A stretch of 64,000 nucleotides of DNA from NCBI GenBank assembly GCA_009838035.1, contig VXSK01000023.1, positions 74,581 through 138,580 on the forward strand. Direction: 5' to 3'. Both the position numbers and the translations under genes were made by a program. The DNA is from Gammaproteobacteria bacterium. GTDB lineage: Bacteria; Pseudomonadota; Gammaproteobacteria; Steroidobacterales; Foliamicaceae. Positions 19,545 through 27,200 of the stretch are shown in pieces. Under the pieces are notes generated by a model. That model ran no database searches. It had not been told where the DNA came from and saw only the letters and a program-made list of their open reading frames with translations. The stretch's first letter is position 1, and each line of letters starts with the position of its first letter.

Positions 19545-19644
19545 GCCCGTCGTTCGCCCCACTCCTCGTGGGAGCGTTGGAGCAGGATAGCGAGAATCGA
19601 GCCAGGGATGGCGTCTCCAACGAGGAGTGGGGCGAACGACGGGC
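19545..19644. repeat. hairpin repeat copy B: 25-bp perfect arms + 50-nt core (core inverted relative to copy A)
   Basis: Arms GCCCGTCGTTCGCCCCACTCCTCGT (19545..19569) and ACGAGGAGTGGGGCGAACGACGGGC (19620..19644) are exact reverse complements. The reverse-complemented core is TGGAGACGCCATCCCTGGCTCGATTCTCGCTATCCTGCTCCAACGCTCCC. Confidence 0.8.
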
Positions 19645-19669
19645 GAGGAAGCAGGAACGCGCAGACGGT

Positions 19670-20461
19670 CTAGCGCGTCAGGGCCGCCCAGGTCGCGTTT
19701 GGGCCGTCGGCAATGGCGCGCCGGCCGATGGCGAGCGCCCAGTCCGAACGGCGGCCGTATTCGGCCCGCCAGCGCCACAGCGGAAGGCTGAAATACTGCA
19801 GTCCGAATTCCTCGGTAAACCCGATCGCGCCGTGCACGCCGTGCGCGATCTGCGTGACCGGGTGCACGAGTTCCGAGCAGCGGCACTTGGCGATGGCCAC
19901 GGCCAGCCAGGCCGGATCGTCCTCACCCGCCGGCATGCCGTGGCGCTGTACCTCCGCGAATGCCCGCTGCGATGCCGCCTGCATGCAGGCGACATCGCCC
20001 GCCAACTCGGCCAGCTGCTGCTGCACCGCCTGAAACCTGCCCACCGGACGGCCGAACTGCTCCCGTTCTCCGCAGTACTGAACGGACCGCTCCAGCAGCG
20101 CCCGTGCCGCGCCCGCCATCTGCGCCGATCGCAACAGGGCGCCTGCGGGCAGCGGCAGGCTTCCGGAGCGCTTCTCCGCCTGCTCCGCGCTCTCGCCCAG
20201 GCCGCGCTTCACCATGATCTCCGGCAAGTGGCCCGGCGCCGCATAGCGCCCGCATGCCTCGGCGACGACGAAGGCATCGGACCAGCTCCCGCCATAGCCC
20301 CCTTCTTCCTGCCCAACCAGTACGGTGTCCAGGCCGATCTCGCGCGTCAGCGCCAGGAACTCCCCCGCACCCGAGCGCTCCGCCCCGGCGAGGTATTCAG
20401 GCGTGAGCAGTTCGGAGAACAGGCGTTCCACCGTATCCAGGAGCAGAGAATCGCTGCTCAT
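19670..20461 (-). CDS. acyl-CoA dehydrogenase family protein, short partner subunit
   Basis: 263-aa ORF with ACAD C-terminal-domain-like sequence (REQFGRPVGRFQAVQQQLAE) but too short for a full ACAD. Its start shares 1 nt with the upstream ACAD stop (TAATG). Confidence 0.7.
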   Translation of the reverse strand: MSSDSLLLDTVERLFSELLTPEYLAGAERSGAGEFLALTREIGLDTVLVGQEEGGYGGSWSDAFVVAEACGRYAAPGHLPEIMVKRGLGESAEQAEKRSGSLPLPAGALLRSAQMAGAARALLERSVQYCGEREQFGRPVGRFQAVQQQLAELAGDVACMQAASQRAFAEVQRHGMPAGEDDPAWLAVAIAKCRCSELVHPVTQIAHGVHGAIGFTEEFGLQYFSLPLWRWRAEYGRRSDWALAIGRRAIADGPNATWAALTR

Positions 20462-21612
20462 TACCGCAAGCCCAGCCCGCGCGCGATGATGCCGCGCAGG
20501 ATTTCACCGCTGCCGCCGCGGAGCGAGAACGACGGCGCCAGGATTGTCATCAGGTGGAGCGCCTGCTGGTACGGCAAAGCATCGGCGGACGTCTCCGGGG
20601 GCAGATCGACCAGTTCCTGGGCAAGAGAGGGGATCGACTGCTCGAAGCGTGTGCCCATGTCCTTGACTATGGCCGCCTCCAGATTGGGAGACTCCCCGGC
20701 CTGAATCATCGCCGCCACCGACAGAGACATGGCGCGAAGCGCGCCCAGTTGCGCGACCACGCCGCCGATCGCTTCGGCGGCGGTGTCGCCTGCCTCGCTT
20801 TCCTTGAGGACCCTCAATAGCTCGTTGAACAAGGCCTGGCAGGAGAGATAGCGCTCGGGTCCCGAGCGCTCCAGCGCCAGTTCCTCGATCACCTGCGCCC
20901 AGCCCTCGTTCTCGATCCCGATCAATGCGTCTTCGGCCAGCAATGCGCCCTCGAAATGGACCTCGTTGAAATGTTCGCGGCCGGCAATGTCCCGGATCGG
21001 CGCGATGCGTAGGCCGGGCGTGTTGCGCAGATCCACCAGGAACTGCGACAGCCCCTTGTTGCGGCGCTGGCCTTCGCCGGTGCGAAACAGAGCGATCATG
21101 TAGTGCGCGCGGTGCGCGTTGGTGGTCCAGATCTTCGTTCCGTTGACCCGCCAGCCCGACGAAGTCCTCGTCGCCCGGGTGCGCAGCGAGGCCAGGTCCG
21201 ATCCCGAATCGGGCTCGCTCATGCCGATGCAGAAACACAGTTCCCCGCGGCAGATGCGCGGAATGATGCTGCGCTTGAGTTCCTCGCTGCCGTAGCGCAG
21301 GATCAGCGGGCCGCTCTGCCGGTCGGCGAACCAGTGAAAGCCGGTCGGCGCGCCGGCGGCCAGGCACTCCTCCAGCACCACGAACCGCTCGAGCTGCGAG
21401 CGTCCGGCTCCGCCGTACTCCTCTGGAAAACTCAGTCCGATGAAACCGGCCTCGCCCATGCGGCGGCTGAAATCCGGGTTGCAGGCGTCCCAGGAGAGTG
21501 CCCGTTCGCTCAGCGGCACGTCCCGCAAGGCGTCGGCGAGAAAGGCGCGCACCTCCGCGCGCAGCGCCTCCGCGGCCTCGGGCAATTCCGGCGGAATAAA
21601 TTCAGCCCGCAT
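20461..21612 (-). CDS. acyl-CoA dehydrogenase (full length)
   Basis: 383-aa ORF with ACAD-like segments (FPEEYGGAG, CIGMSEPDSGSDLASL, NGTKIWTTNA). Confidence 0.85.
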   Translation of the reverse strand: MRAEFIPPELPEAAEALRAEVRAFLADALRDVPLSERALSWDACNPDFSRRMGEAGFIGLSFPEEYGGAGRSQLERFVVLEECLAAGAPTGFHWFADRQSGPLILRYGSEELKRSIIPRICRGELCFCIGMSEPDSGSDLASLRTRATRTSSGWRVNGTKIWTTNAHRAHYMIALFRTGEGQRRNKGLSQFLVDLRNTPGLRIAPIRDIAGREHFNEVHFEGALLAEDALIGIENEGWAQVIEELALERSGPERYLSCQALFNELLRVLKESEAGDTAAEAIGGVVAQLGALRAMSLSVAAMIQAGESPNLEAAIVKDMGTRFEQSIPSLAQELVDLPPETSADALPYQQALHLMTILAPSFSLRGGSGEILRGIIARGLGLR

Positions 21613-21648
21613 ATGGCGCGTTGACGCTGCGCAAGCCGGCGAAGCTCC

Positions 21649-21963
21649 CTATTCTTCGGGAGCGATGGTGAGGGTAAGGCCGTCCAGTTCCTCGGAGAAC
21701 CTGAGCTGGCAGGTCAGGCGCGAACTCTCTGTGAAATACTCCAGTTCCGACAGCAACTCTTCCTCTTCCGGCGATCGGGGCGGCAACCTGTCGCGCCAGG
21801 CGGAATCGATGTAGCTGTGGCAGGTCGCGCAGGAACACATGCCGCCGCACAGCGCCTCGACCCCGTTGTCGAGCTCGCGCAGGGTCTCCATGACGCTGGC
21901 GCCGGTCTGGCCTTCCACGACCAGTGACTCGCCCATCCGGTCGGTTACGTAAATGCGCGCCAT
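21649..21963 (-). CDS. 2Fe-2S ferredoxin (adrenodoxin/putidaredoxin type)
   Basis: 104-aa product from the ATG at 21963. Cluster motif CGGMCSCATCH plus a distal Cys (LTCQL). Confidence 0.85.
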   Translation of the reverse strand: MARIYVTDRMGESLVVEGQTGASVMETLRELDNGVEALCGGMCSCATCHSYIDSAWRDRLPPRSPEEEELLSELEYFTESSRLTCQLRFSEELDGLTLTIAPEE

Positions 21964-22000
21964 TGCCGATCCAGATTGCTGTCCCCTGACGGGCGCCGGC

Positions 22001-22342
22001 TCAGGCCGTGCCGGCGTTACGGTCCAGCGGCGTGTGGAAGTACTCGCTCTCCTCGCAATGCTGCTTGACCTCCTCCATGAGGCGGGCCAGCCGCTGCTCT
22101 GCGGTCGATACCGACGCGCAGGACTCGCACAGCGGATCGCTGCAGGGCTGGCGCGAAAACAGCCAGAAATGGACCGCGCCGGCCAGCAGGCCCGAGGCGA
22201 CGTCCCAAGCATCCGGCTCGTCGTTGGATTCCAGCAGCCTGTTGCCGCCGTTGATGACGGCGTCTATCGCTTCCTGGAAACCTTCGGGATACTCTTCTTC
22301 GCCGGTGAAGTAGTCGTCCGGCAGCAGATTATCGGTACTCAT
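22001..22342 (-). CDS. hypothetical small acidic protein (possibly DUF3144-like)
   Basis: 113-aa ORF co-directional with the ferredoxin/ACAD genes. The family guess rests on remembered pattern only. Confidence 0.5.
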   Translation of the reverse strand: MSTDNLLPDDYFTGEEEYPEGFQEAIDAVINGGNRLLESNDEPDAWDVASGLLAGAVHFWLFSRQPCSDPLCESCASVSTAEQRLARLMEEVKQHCEESEYFHTPLDRNAGTA

Positions 22343-22394
22343 GCGCTTACCCGCACTACGCTTACGAGGCCCTCATATGGTACCACCGACGGCG

Positions 22395-25016
22395 TCAGAA
22401 ACGGTAACTCAAGCGGAAGTAGACGAACCCGCCGTTGTAGTCGTACGGGGAACTCTCGGGCTGTGCGTTACCCTGGCCCGAAGACTCCGCCTCGACGGCG
22501 CCGGGCGAAGTATCGAACAGGTTCTGCACTCCGGCGCTCGCGGTGTATCCGCCGGCGAAGTCGTAGCTCAGTTCCGCATCCACCAGGAAATCGCCGCCCC
22601 AGGAATCGAGGCTGGCGCAGCCGGCGCTCTGGAAACGGCAGGCGTCCCAGCCGGCAAAATAGCTTCCCCGGGCTAGCAGGCGCCAGGCGCCCCAGGCATG
22701 GTCCCAGGTAGCCGCGATGCGGTGCGCGGGGTTCATGTCTTCCAGTTCGGTGCGGCGGCGCATCGACAGCAGGCTGACGGTCTGGACTTCGTCCAGCTGT
22801 GTCCCAAGGACTTCGCTGACCGTAAACGGGGGCGAGAAGTCGTCCAGTTCGGTCCGGGTCCAGTTCCAGGCCAGCGTCAGTTCGCTGCTTCCCCCGAATG
22901 CTGCGAAAGCGTAGTTCAGGGACACGTCGAGGCCGGTGGTCGTGGTGCCGAAATCGTTGGTCAGGAAGTTGATGGTCGTCACCTCGCTTCCCGCCGCCAG
23001 GCCGCTTTGCTCCAGCAGCAGCGCGATCTGGTCGGTAATCCGGATATCGCCGGTCGGCGAAATGCGGTCGTCGATTTCAATGCGGAAGAAGTCGGCCCTG
23101 ATGCGGGCGTCCGCGGAGAAATCCCAGGTCAGCCCCACTGAAAAGCCGACCGAGGTCTCCTCCTTCAGCGGTTCGCCGCCCAGCGCCCGGGCCACGGGAT
23201 TCGTGGGCGGGACCTTGCCGACTTCCCGCAATCCTCCGAGACCGCCGAATGTTGTCGAAAGCACCGATACGTTCGCCTGACCGGGCGAAGGTGCGCGAAA
23301 ACCGGTGCTGGCCGTCGCGCGCAGGGCGAGATCTTCGGACGCCCGCCACAAGGCCGAGAGCTTGCCGTTGACCGTGGTGCCGAAATCGTCGTAAAAGTCC
23401 TCGTAACGCAGCGCAAAGCCCATGGTCAGGTCGGCCGTCAGGTCGGCCTCCAGATCGACGTAGGCCGCGTAGTTCGGGCGGTCCCACTTGCCCGCATTGC
23501 GCGGATTCAGGCCCTGGAATCCGTTCGAACCGATGCTGAAGGAACCGGCGATGCGGCCGTCGGCGTAGGGCCCGACGCGGTACGAGTCCGGATCGCCGGC
23601 CACCGTTTCGAATTCCTCGCTGCGCCACTCCAGTCCCGCGGCCACGTTCAGCGGCGAGTAGAACGCGCCGACCTCGAGCGGATAAACGGCGTCCAGGTTC
23701 ACGTTGGTCTCGTTCTGTACGTATTCGCGCGGCTTGAAGTCGGTGGGCGTCTCGGGCCCCAGCGACGCGTTGATCGTGTTGCGCATGAAGAACGCGACCT
23801 GGCTTTCGGCGCCTGAAACGCTCAAATCCCAGCTCAGGCCGTTCAGAAATTCACCGCGCAGCCCCCCGGTAAGGCTGAAGTCGGTGATGTCGGCCCCGAA
23901 ACGGGGCGTAAAACCGCCGGGGAAACGCTCGTTGAAGAGAAAACAGGAACCCCGCGTGGACTGTACGAACGCGCTCACGGCGCTGAAGTCGGCCTCCAGC
24001 CCCGGAACGGCCGCCAGGCAGTCGATCGCGTCATTGGGGTTCAGGTCCGCGACCAGGCGCCGCGAGCCGGTGCGGAAAACGCCGTTGCGCGCCGCGCTGC
24101 CCCCGGGAGCGCGGAAGAAGAAGCCGCCTTCCGACGTGCGCGTCGAATAGTTGCCGAAGGAGTAGAGCTCGATCCCTGACGGCAGTTCGGCGGCCATGTT
24201 GTAGAACGTGGTGATCGCATCGTCGATGACCGGGTTGCCCCAGATCTGGGCCGGCTCGGCAACCGGGTAGCCCTGCGCCGCCAGCGCCGAGGCGTTGGCC
24301 CGCTGGACTGCCCGGACCGTCGGGTCCAACGTCTTGTACTCCGCGCTCAGATTGAGGAAACCGGCGGCGCCCAGCGGCAGCCCGACATTGCCCGCCACTT
24401 GCGTCAATCCGCCGTCGCCCTCGTAGTACTCGCCGTAGCGGGCCTCCAGCATTCCGCCCTCCGAACTGTTCCTGAGCTGAAAGTTGATTACTCCCGCAAT
24501 CGCGTCGGACCCGTACTGGGCCGAGGCGCCGTCGCGCAGAATCTCGACACGGTCGATCGCGATGGCCGGGATCACGAACAGGTCCGGCCCCTGCGAGCCG
24601 GAATTGAGCGAACTGCCGAGAAACGCAATCACGCCGGAGCGGTGACGGCGCTTCTCGTTCACCAGCACCAGCGCCGAATCGGGCGGCAGGCCGCGCAGGG
24701 TGGCGGGCCGCACCAGGGTCGCTTCGTCGTCGATGCCGTGCCGCTGCACGTTGTAGGACAGCGTCGTGTTTCGCAGCAGATCGTCAAGATCGGTTGCGCC
24801 CTGGTTCATCAGGTCCTCGCCCGACACCACGTCCACGGGAACCGGCACGTTGTCCAGGCTCGCGTCCTTGCGCCGGGTTCCGACCACGACGATTTCCTCC
24901 AGCACGGGCGTCGAAGCCTCCTGCTCGCCCGATGCGGGCTCCTGAGCGGCAGCCCCGGGCGCGCCCACAAAACAAACCGCCGATGCAAGGAGAACCTTGC
25001 GTATACAGGTATTCAT
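22395..25016 (-). CDS. TonB-dependent outer-membrane receptor
   Basis: 873-aa ORF with a signal peptide, plug-domain start (LEEIVVVGTRR) and a C-terminal beta-barrel ending in the aromatic residue (FRLSYRF). Confidence 0.9.
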   Translation of the reverse strand: MNTCIRKVLLASAVCFVGAPGAAAQEPASGEQEASTPVLEEIVVVGTRRKDASLDNVPVPVDVVSGEDLMNQGATDLDDLLRNTTLSYNVQRHGIDDEATLVRPATLRGLPPDSALVLVNEKRRHRSGVIAFLGSSLNSGSQGPDLFVIPAIAIDRVEILRDGASAQYGSDAIAGVINFQLRNSSEGGMLEARYGEYYEGDGGLTQVAGNVGLPLGAAGFLNLSAEYKTLDPTVRAVQRANASALAAQGYPVAEPAQIWGNPVIDDAITTFYNMAAELPSGIELYSFGNYSTRTSEGGFFFRAPGGSAARNGVFRTGSRRLVADLNPNDAIDCLAAVPGLEADFSAVSAFVQSTRGSCFLFNERFPGGFTPRFGADITDFSLTGGLRGEFLNGLSWDLSVSGAESQVAFFMRNTINASLGPETPTDFKPREYVQNETNVNLDAVYPLEVGAFYSPLNVAAGLEWRSEEFETVAGDPDSYRVGPYADGRIAGSFSIGSNGFQGLNPRNAGKWDRPNYAAYVDLEADLTADLTMGFALRYEDFYDDFGTTVNGKLSALWRASEDLALRATASTGFRAPSPGQANVSVLSTTFGGLGGLREVGKVPPTNPVARALGGEPLKEETSVGFSVGLTWDFSADARIRADFFRIEIDDRISPTGDIRITDQIALLLEQSGLAAGSEVTTINFLTNDFGTTTTGLDVSLNYAFAAFGGSSELTLAWNWTRTELDDFSPPFTVSEVLGTQLDEVQTVSLLSMRRRTELEDMNPAHRIAATWDHAWGAWRLLARGSYFAGWDACRFQSAGCASLDSWGGDFLVDAELSYDFAGGYTASAGVQNLFDTSPGAVEAESSGQGNAQPESSPYDYNGGFVYFRLSYRF

Positions 25017-25137
25017 TGCGCTGCCCCCGCATTCATTCGCCGGCGCATCCTAGCAGATACCGGGTTTCCGGAGAGCGAGGACATGTCCCTCGCGGCGTCC
25101 CGCCTTCGCGGAGGACGGGACGCCTTCGCCCCCGGGG

Positions 25138-26451
25138 TCAGGTCGCGGGTTGCGGGATACCGTACTCGCGCAGCGTCGCCTCCATCGTGGGCCGGCCCAG
25201 CCGGATCCGGCTGTCGCTCAGGAGGTAGGAAAACACGAAGCCGGCGCCGAGCATCATCACGCCGATCAGGAAGCAGTAGAGCACGGCCCGGTCGGGATAC
25301 ACGTCCTTCAGGTAGCCTACGTACACCGGCCCGGCAATGCCGGCCGCCGCCCAGGCCGTGAGGATGGCGCCGTAGATGGTGGACATCTTCTTCGGACCGA
25401 AAACGTCCAGCACAAACGACGGCATGGTGGCGAACCCGCCGCCGAAACACAGCAGCACATAGCAGACCAGCGCGGAAAACACGATGGGATTGGTTTCGGT
25501 CATCAGGATACCGAACACCACCATCTGGCTGGCCAGCAGGATCCGGAACACGGCCACCCGTCCGATGCGGTCGGACAACAATCCCCAGAACAGGCGTCCC
25601 ACGCCGTTGCACAGGGAGCTCACGGCAATCAGCGTTGCGCCGTATTCGGCAAGTATGGCCGGTTCGAGCGAAGGATCGGACAGCCCCCAGACCTCCTGCA
25701 GCAACTCCGACTGGAAACTGATCACGGAGATGCCCGCGGCGATATTGAAGAAGAAAACGATCCAGAGTATGACGAAAGCCGGGGACCTGATGTACGGCCA
25801 CACCGACTCGGTCCCGCCGGCGGCGGATGCCTGCGGCGCGGACGGAGTCCCGGGCGCCGGCTCCGTTTCCGGGGGATTGCTCAGGAAGAAGCTGCAGGGA
25901 ATCAGTACGCAAGCGAAAATCACGCCCAGCCACACAAACACCAGCGACAGGTCCTGGCCCGCCTGCAATACGAGCAGGGGCGCCAGGCCCTTGCTCAGCA
26001 GAAAGGCGCCCACACCGAATCCCATCACCACGATGCCCGTAACCAGTCCCTTGCGGTCGGGAAACCATTTCGCGACGGTAGCGACCGGCGTCACGTATCC
26101 CATCCCGATGCCCGCGCCGCCGATCACTCCGTAGCCCAGGTAGAACAGCGGAATCCAGTCCAGGTACAGCGCGAGGCCGCCGATCAGGTATCCGACGGAA
26201 AACAGGGCGCTGCCCAGCAGGGCCAGCCGCCTCGGCCCCTGCCGCGGCAGCGCCTGCCCGGCCCATGCGGCCGAGACGCCGAGCGTAAAGATCGTGATGC
26301 TGAATGCCCATGCGGACTGGGTAAACGTCCAACCCGATTGCCTGACCAGGATCGTCTGAAAGAAGCTCCAGGCGTAGACCGTGCCCAGGCACACCTGCAG
26401 CGTCGTGCAGAAAAGCGCGATGACGGTCCGCGGCAAGCGAATCGTTTTCAT
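25138..26451 (-). CDS. MFS transporter, oxalate/formate antiporter (OFA) family-like
   Basis: 437-aa polytopic ORF with an OFA-type N-terminal motif (CLGTVYAWSFF). It starts 3 nt after the upstream gene's stop. Confidence 0.85.
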   Translation of the reverse strand: MKTIRLPRTVIALFCTTLQVCLGTVYAWSFFQTILVRQSGWTFTQSAWAFSITIFTLGVSAAWAGQALPRQGPRRLALLGSALFSVGYLIGGLALYLDWIPLFYLGYGVIGGAGIGMGYVTPVATVAKWFPDRKGLVTGIVVMGFGVGAFLLSKGLAPLLVLQAGQDLSLVFVWLGVIFACVLIPCSFFLSNPPETEPAPGTPSAPQASAAGGTESVWPYIRSPAFVILWIVFFFNIAAGISVISFQSELLQEVWGLSDPSLEPAILAEYGATLIAVSSLCNGVGRLFWGLLSDRIGRVAVFRILLASQMVVFGILMTETNPIVFSALVCYVLLCFGGGFATMPSFVLDVFGPKKMSTIYGAILTAWAAAGIAGPVYVGYLKDVYPDRAVLYCFLIGVMMLGAGFVFSYLLSDSRIRLGRPTMEATLREYGIPQPAT

Positions 26452-26453
26452 CG

Positions 26454-27200
26454 TTACGCCAGCGGCGCGGCCTTCAGGGACTCGGGTTTGGGCCCCTTCC
26501 GGGCAACGTACAGGAACAGGCGGGCCAGGTGGCCGGCTTCATCGTCCCGGCCCAGTATTTCCCTGTCCGACACCGCGCCTTGGTCCTCATCCCTGGCGAG
26601 ATCCACCGCGTAGGCCAGCAACTCGCCGAGCGGCCGCGCCGCCAGGTTGACGAGCCAGATCGCGGCCAGTACGCCGAACACCAGGATTCCGGCAACAAGA
26701 TAAATCTGCTGCCCGATGGCCCGCTGGATCTTGAGCGCCACCACGTCCAGATCCATGCCCACATGAACGGTCCCGGCCACCCCGGCCAGGATCGGGCTGC
26801 CGACTTCCACGAAATAGCCCATTCCCGGAATTTCCCGCTCCACGGGTTCGGTGCTGCGATGATCGCTTTCGAGAATGGCCTCGGGTATGCCCGGCACAAA
26901 GGTATGCGCGAGGTATTCGCCGGTTTCGCTGGTGATGTAGATGTAACGGATCCCCTGAATTTCGATGAACTGGTCCACCAGCGACTGCAGGGTGGCCATG
27001 TCGCGGTTCAGGAGAATGTCCACGCTGGAGTCCGCCACGGTCTTGGCGATGTTCCTGCTGTTGATCTCGTACTCGGCCGACAGCTCCGTATTGACCGTAT
27101 AGACGCAGAGGGCGGACGTCGAAAAAACGATCACGCCGAAAACGGCGAATATGCCGAATCGCGTGCGCCGGAATAGTTTCTCGATTTTCATGTCATGCAA
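26454..27200 (-). CDS. membrane sensor-like protein: TM - periplasmic domain - TM - HAMP, no output domain
   Basis: 248-aa ORF with two hydrophobic segments. HAMP-like segment RPLGELLAYAVDLARDEDQG...DDEAGHLARLF is followed by only about 15 aa. It overlaps the upstream binding-protein gene by 8 nt. Confidence 0.6.
   Translation of the reverse strand: MHDMKIEKLFRRTRFGIFAVFGVIVFSTSALCVYTVNTELSAEYEINSRNIAKTVADSSVDILLNRDMATLQSLVDQFIEIQGIRYIYITSETGEYLAHTFVPGIPEAILESDHRSTEPVEREIPGMGYFVEVGSPILAGVAGTVHVGMDLDVVALKIQRAIGQQIYLVAGILVFGVLAAIWLVNLAARPLGELLAYAVDLARDEDQGAVSDREILGRDDEAGHLARLFLYVARKGPKPESLKAAPLA

Noticed and set aside
19407-19644. CRISPR array, integron attC sites or a classical MITE as the identity of the hairpin repeats.
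   Set aside because: There are no regularly spaced direct repeats or spacers and no cas genes. There is no GTTRRRY-type attC boundary or integrase. The conserved part is the centre rather than the terminal inverted repeats, and no target-site duplications are visible.
25017-25137. A cobalamin or other riboswitch upstream of the TonB-dependent receptor gene.
   Set aside because: The spacer is only 121 nt, I could not see a B12-box-like sequence, and the structure is just two simple GC hairpins. These are more likely a terminator for the upstream MFS gene and/or an operator.
26454-27200. The HAMP protein as a frameshifted or truncated histidine-kinase pseudogene.
   Set aside because: No kinase-like remnant is visible in any frame downstream, and the MFS gene starts 3 nt after the stop. 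Gene spacing looks like an intact operon, so truncation cannot be shown from this window. It is listed as the refutation test in the finding instead.
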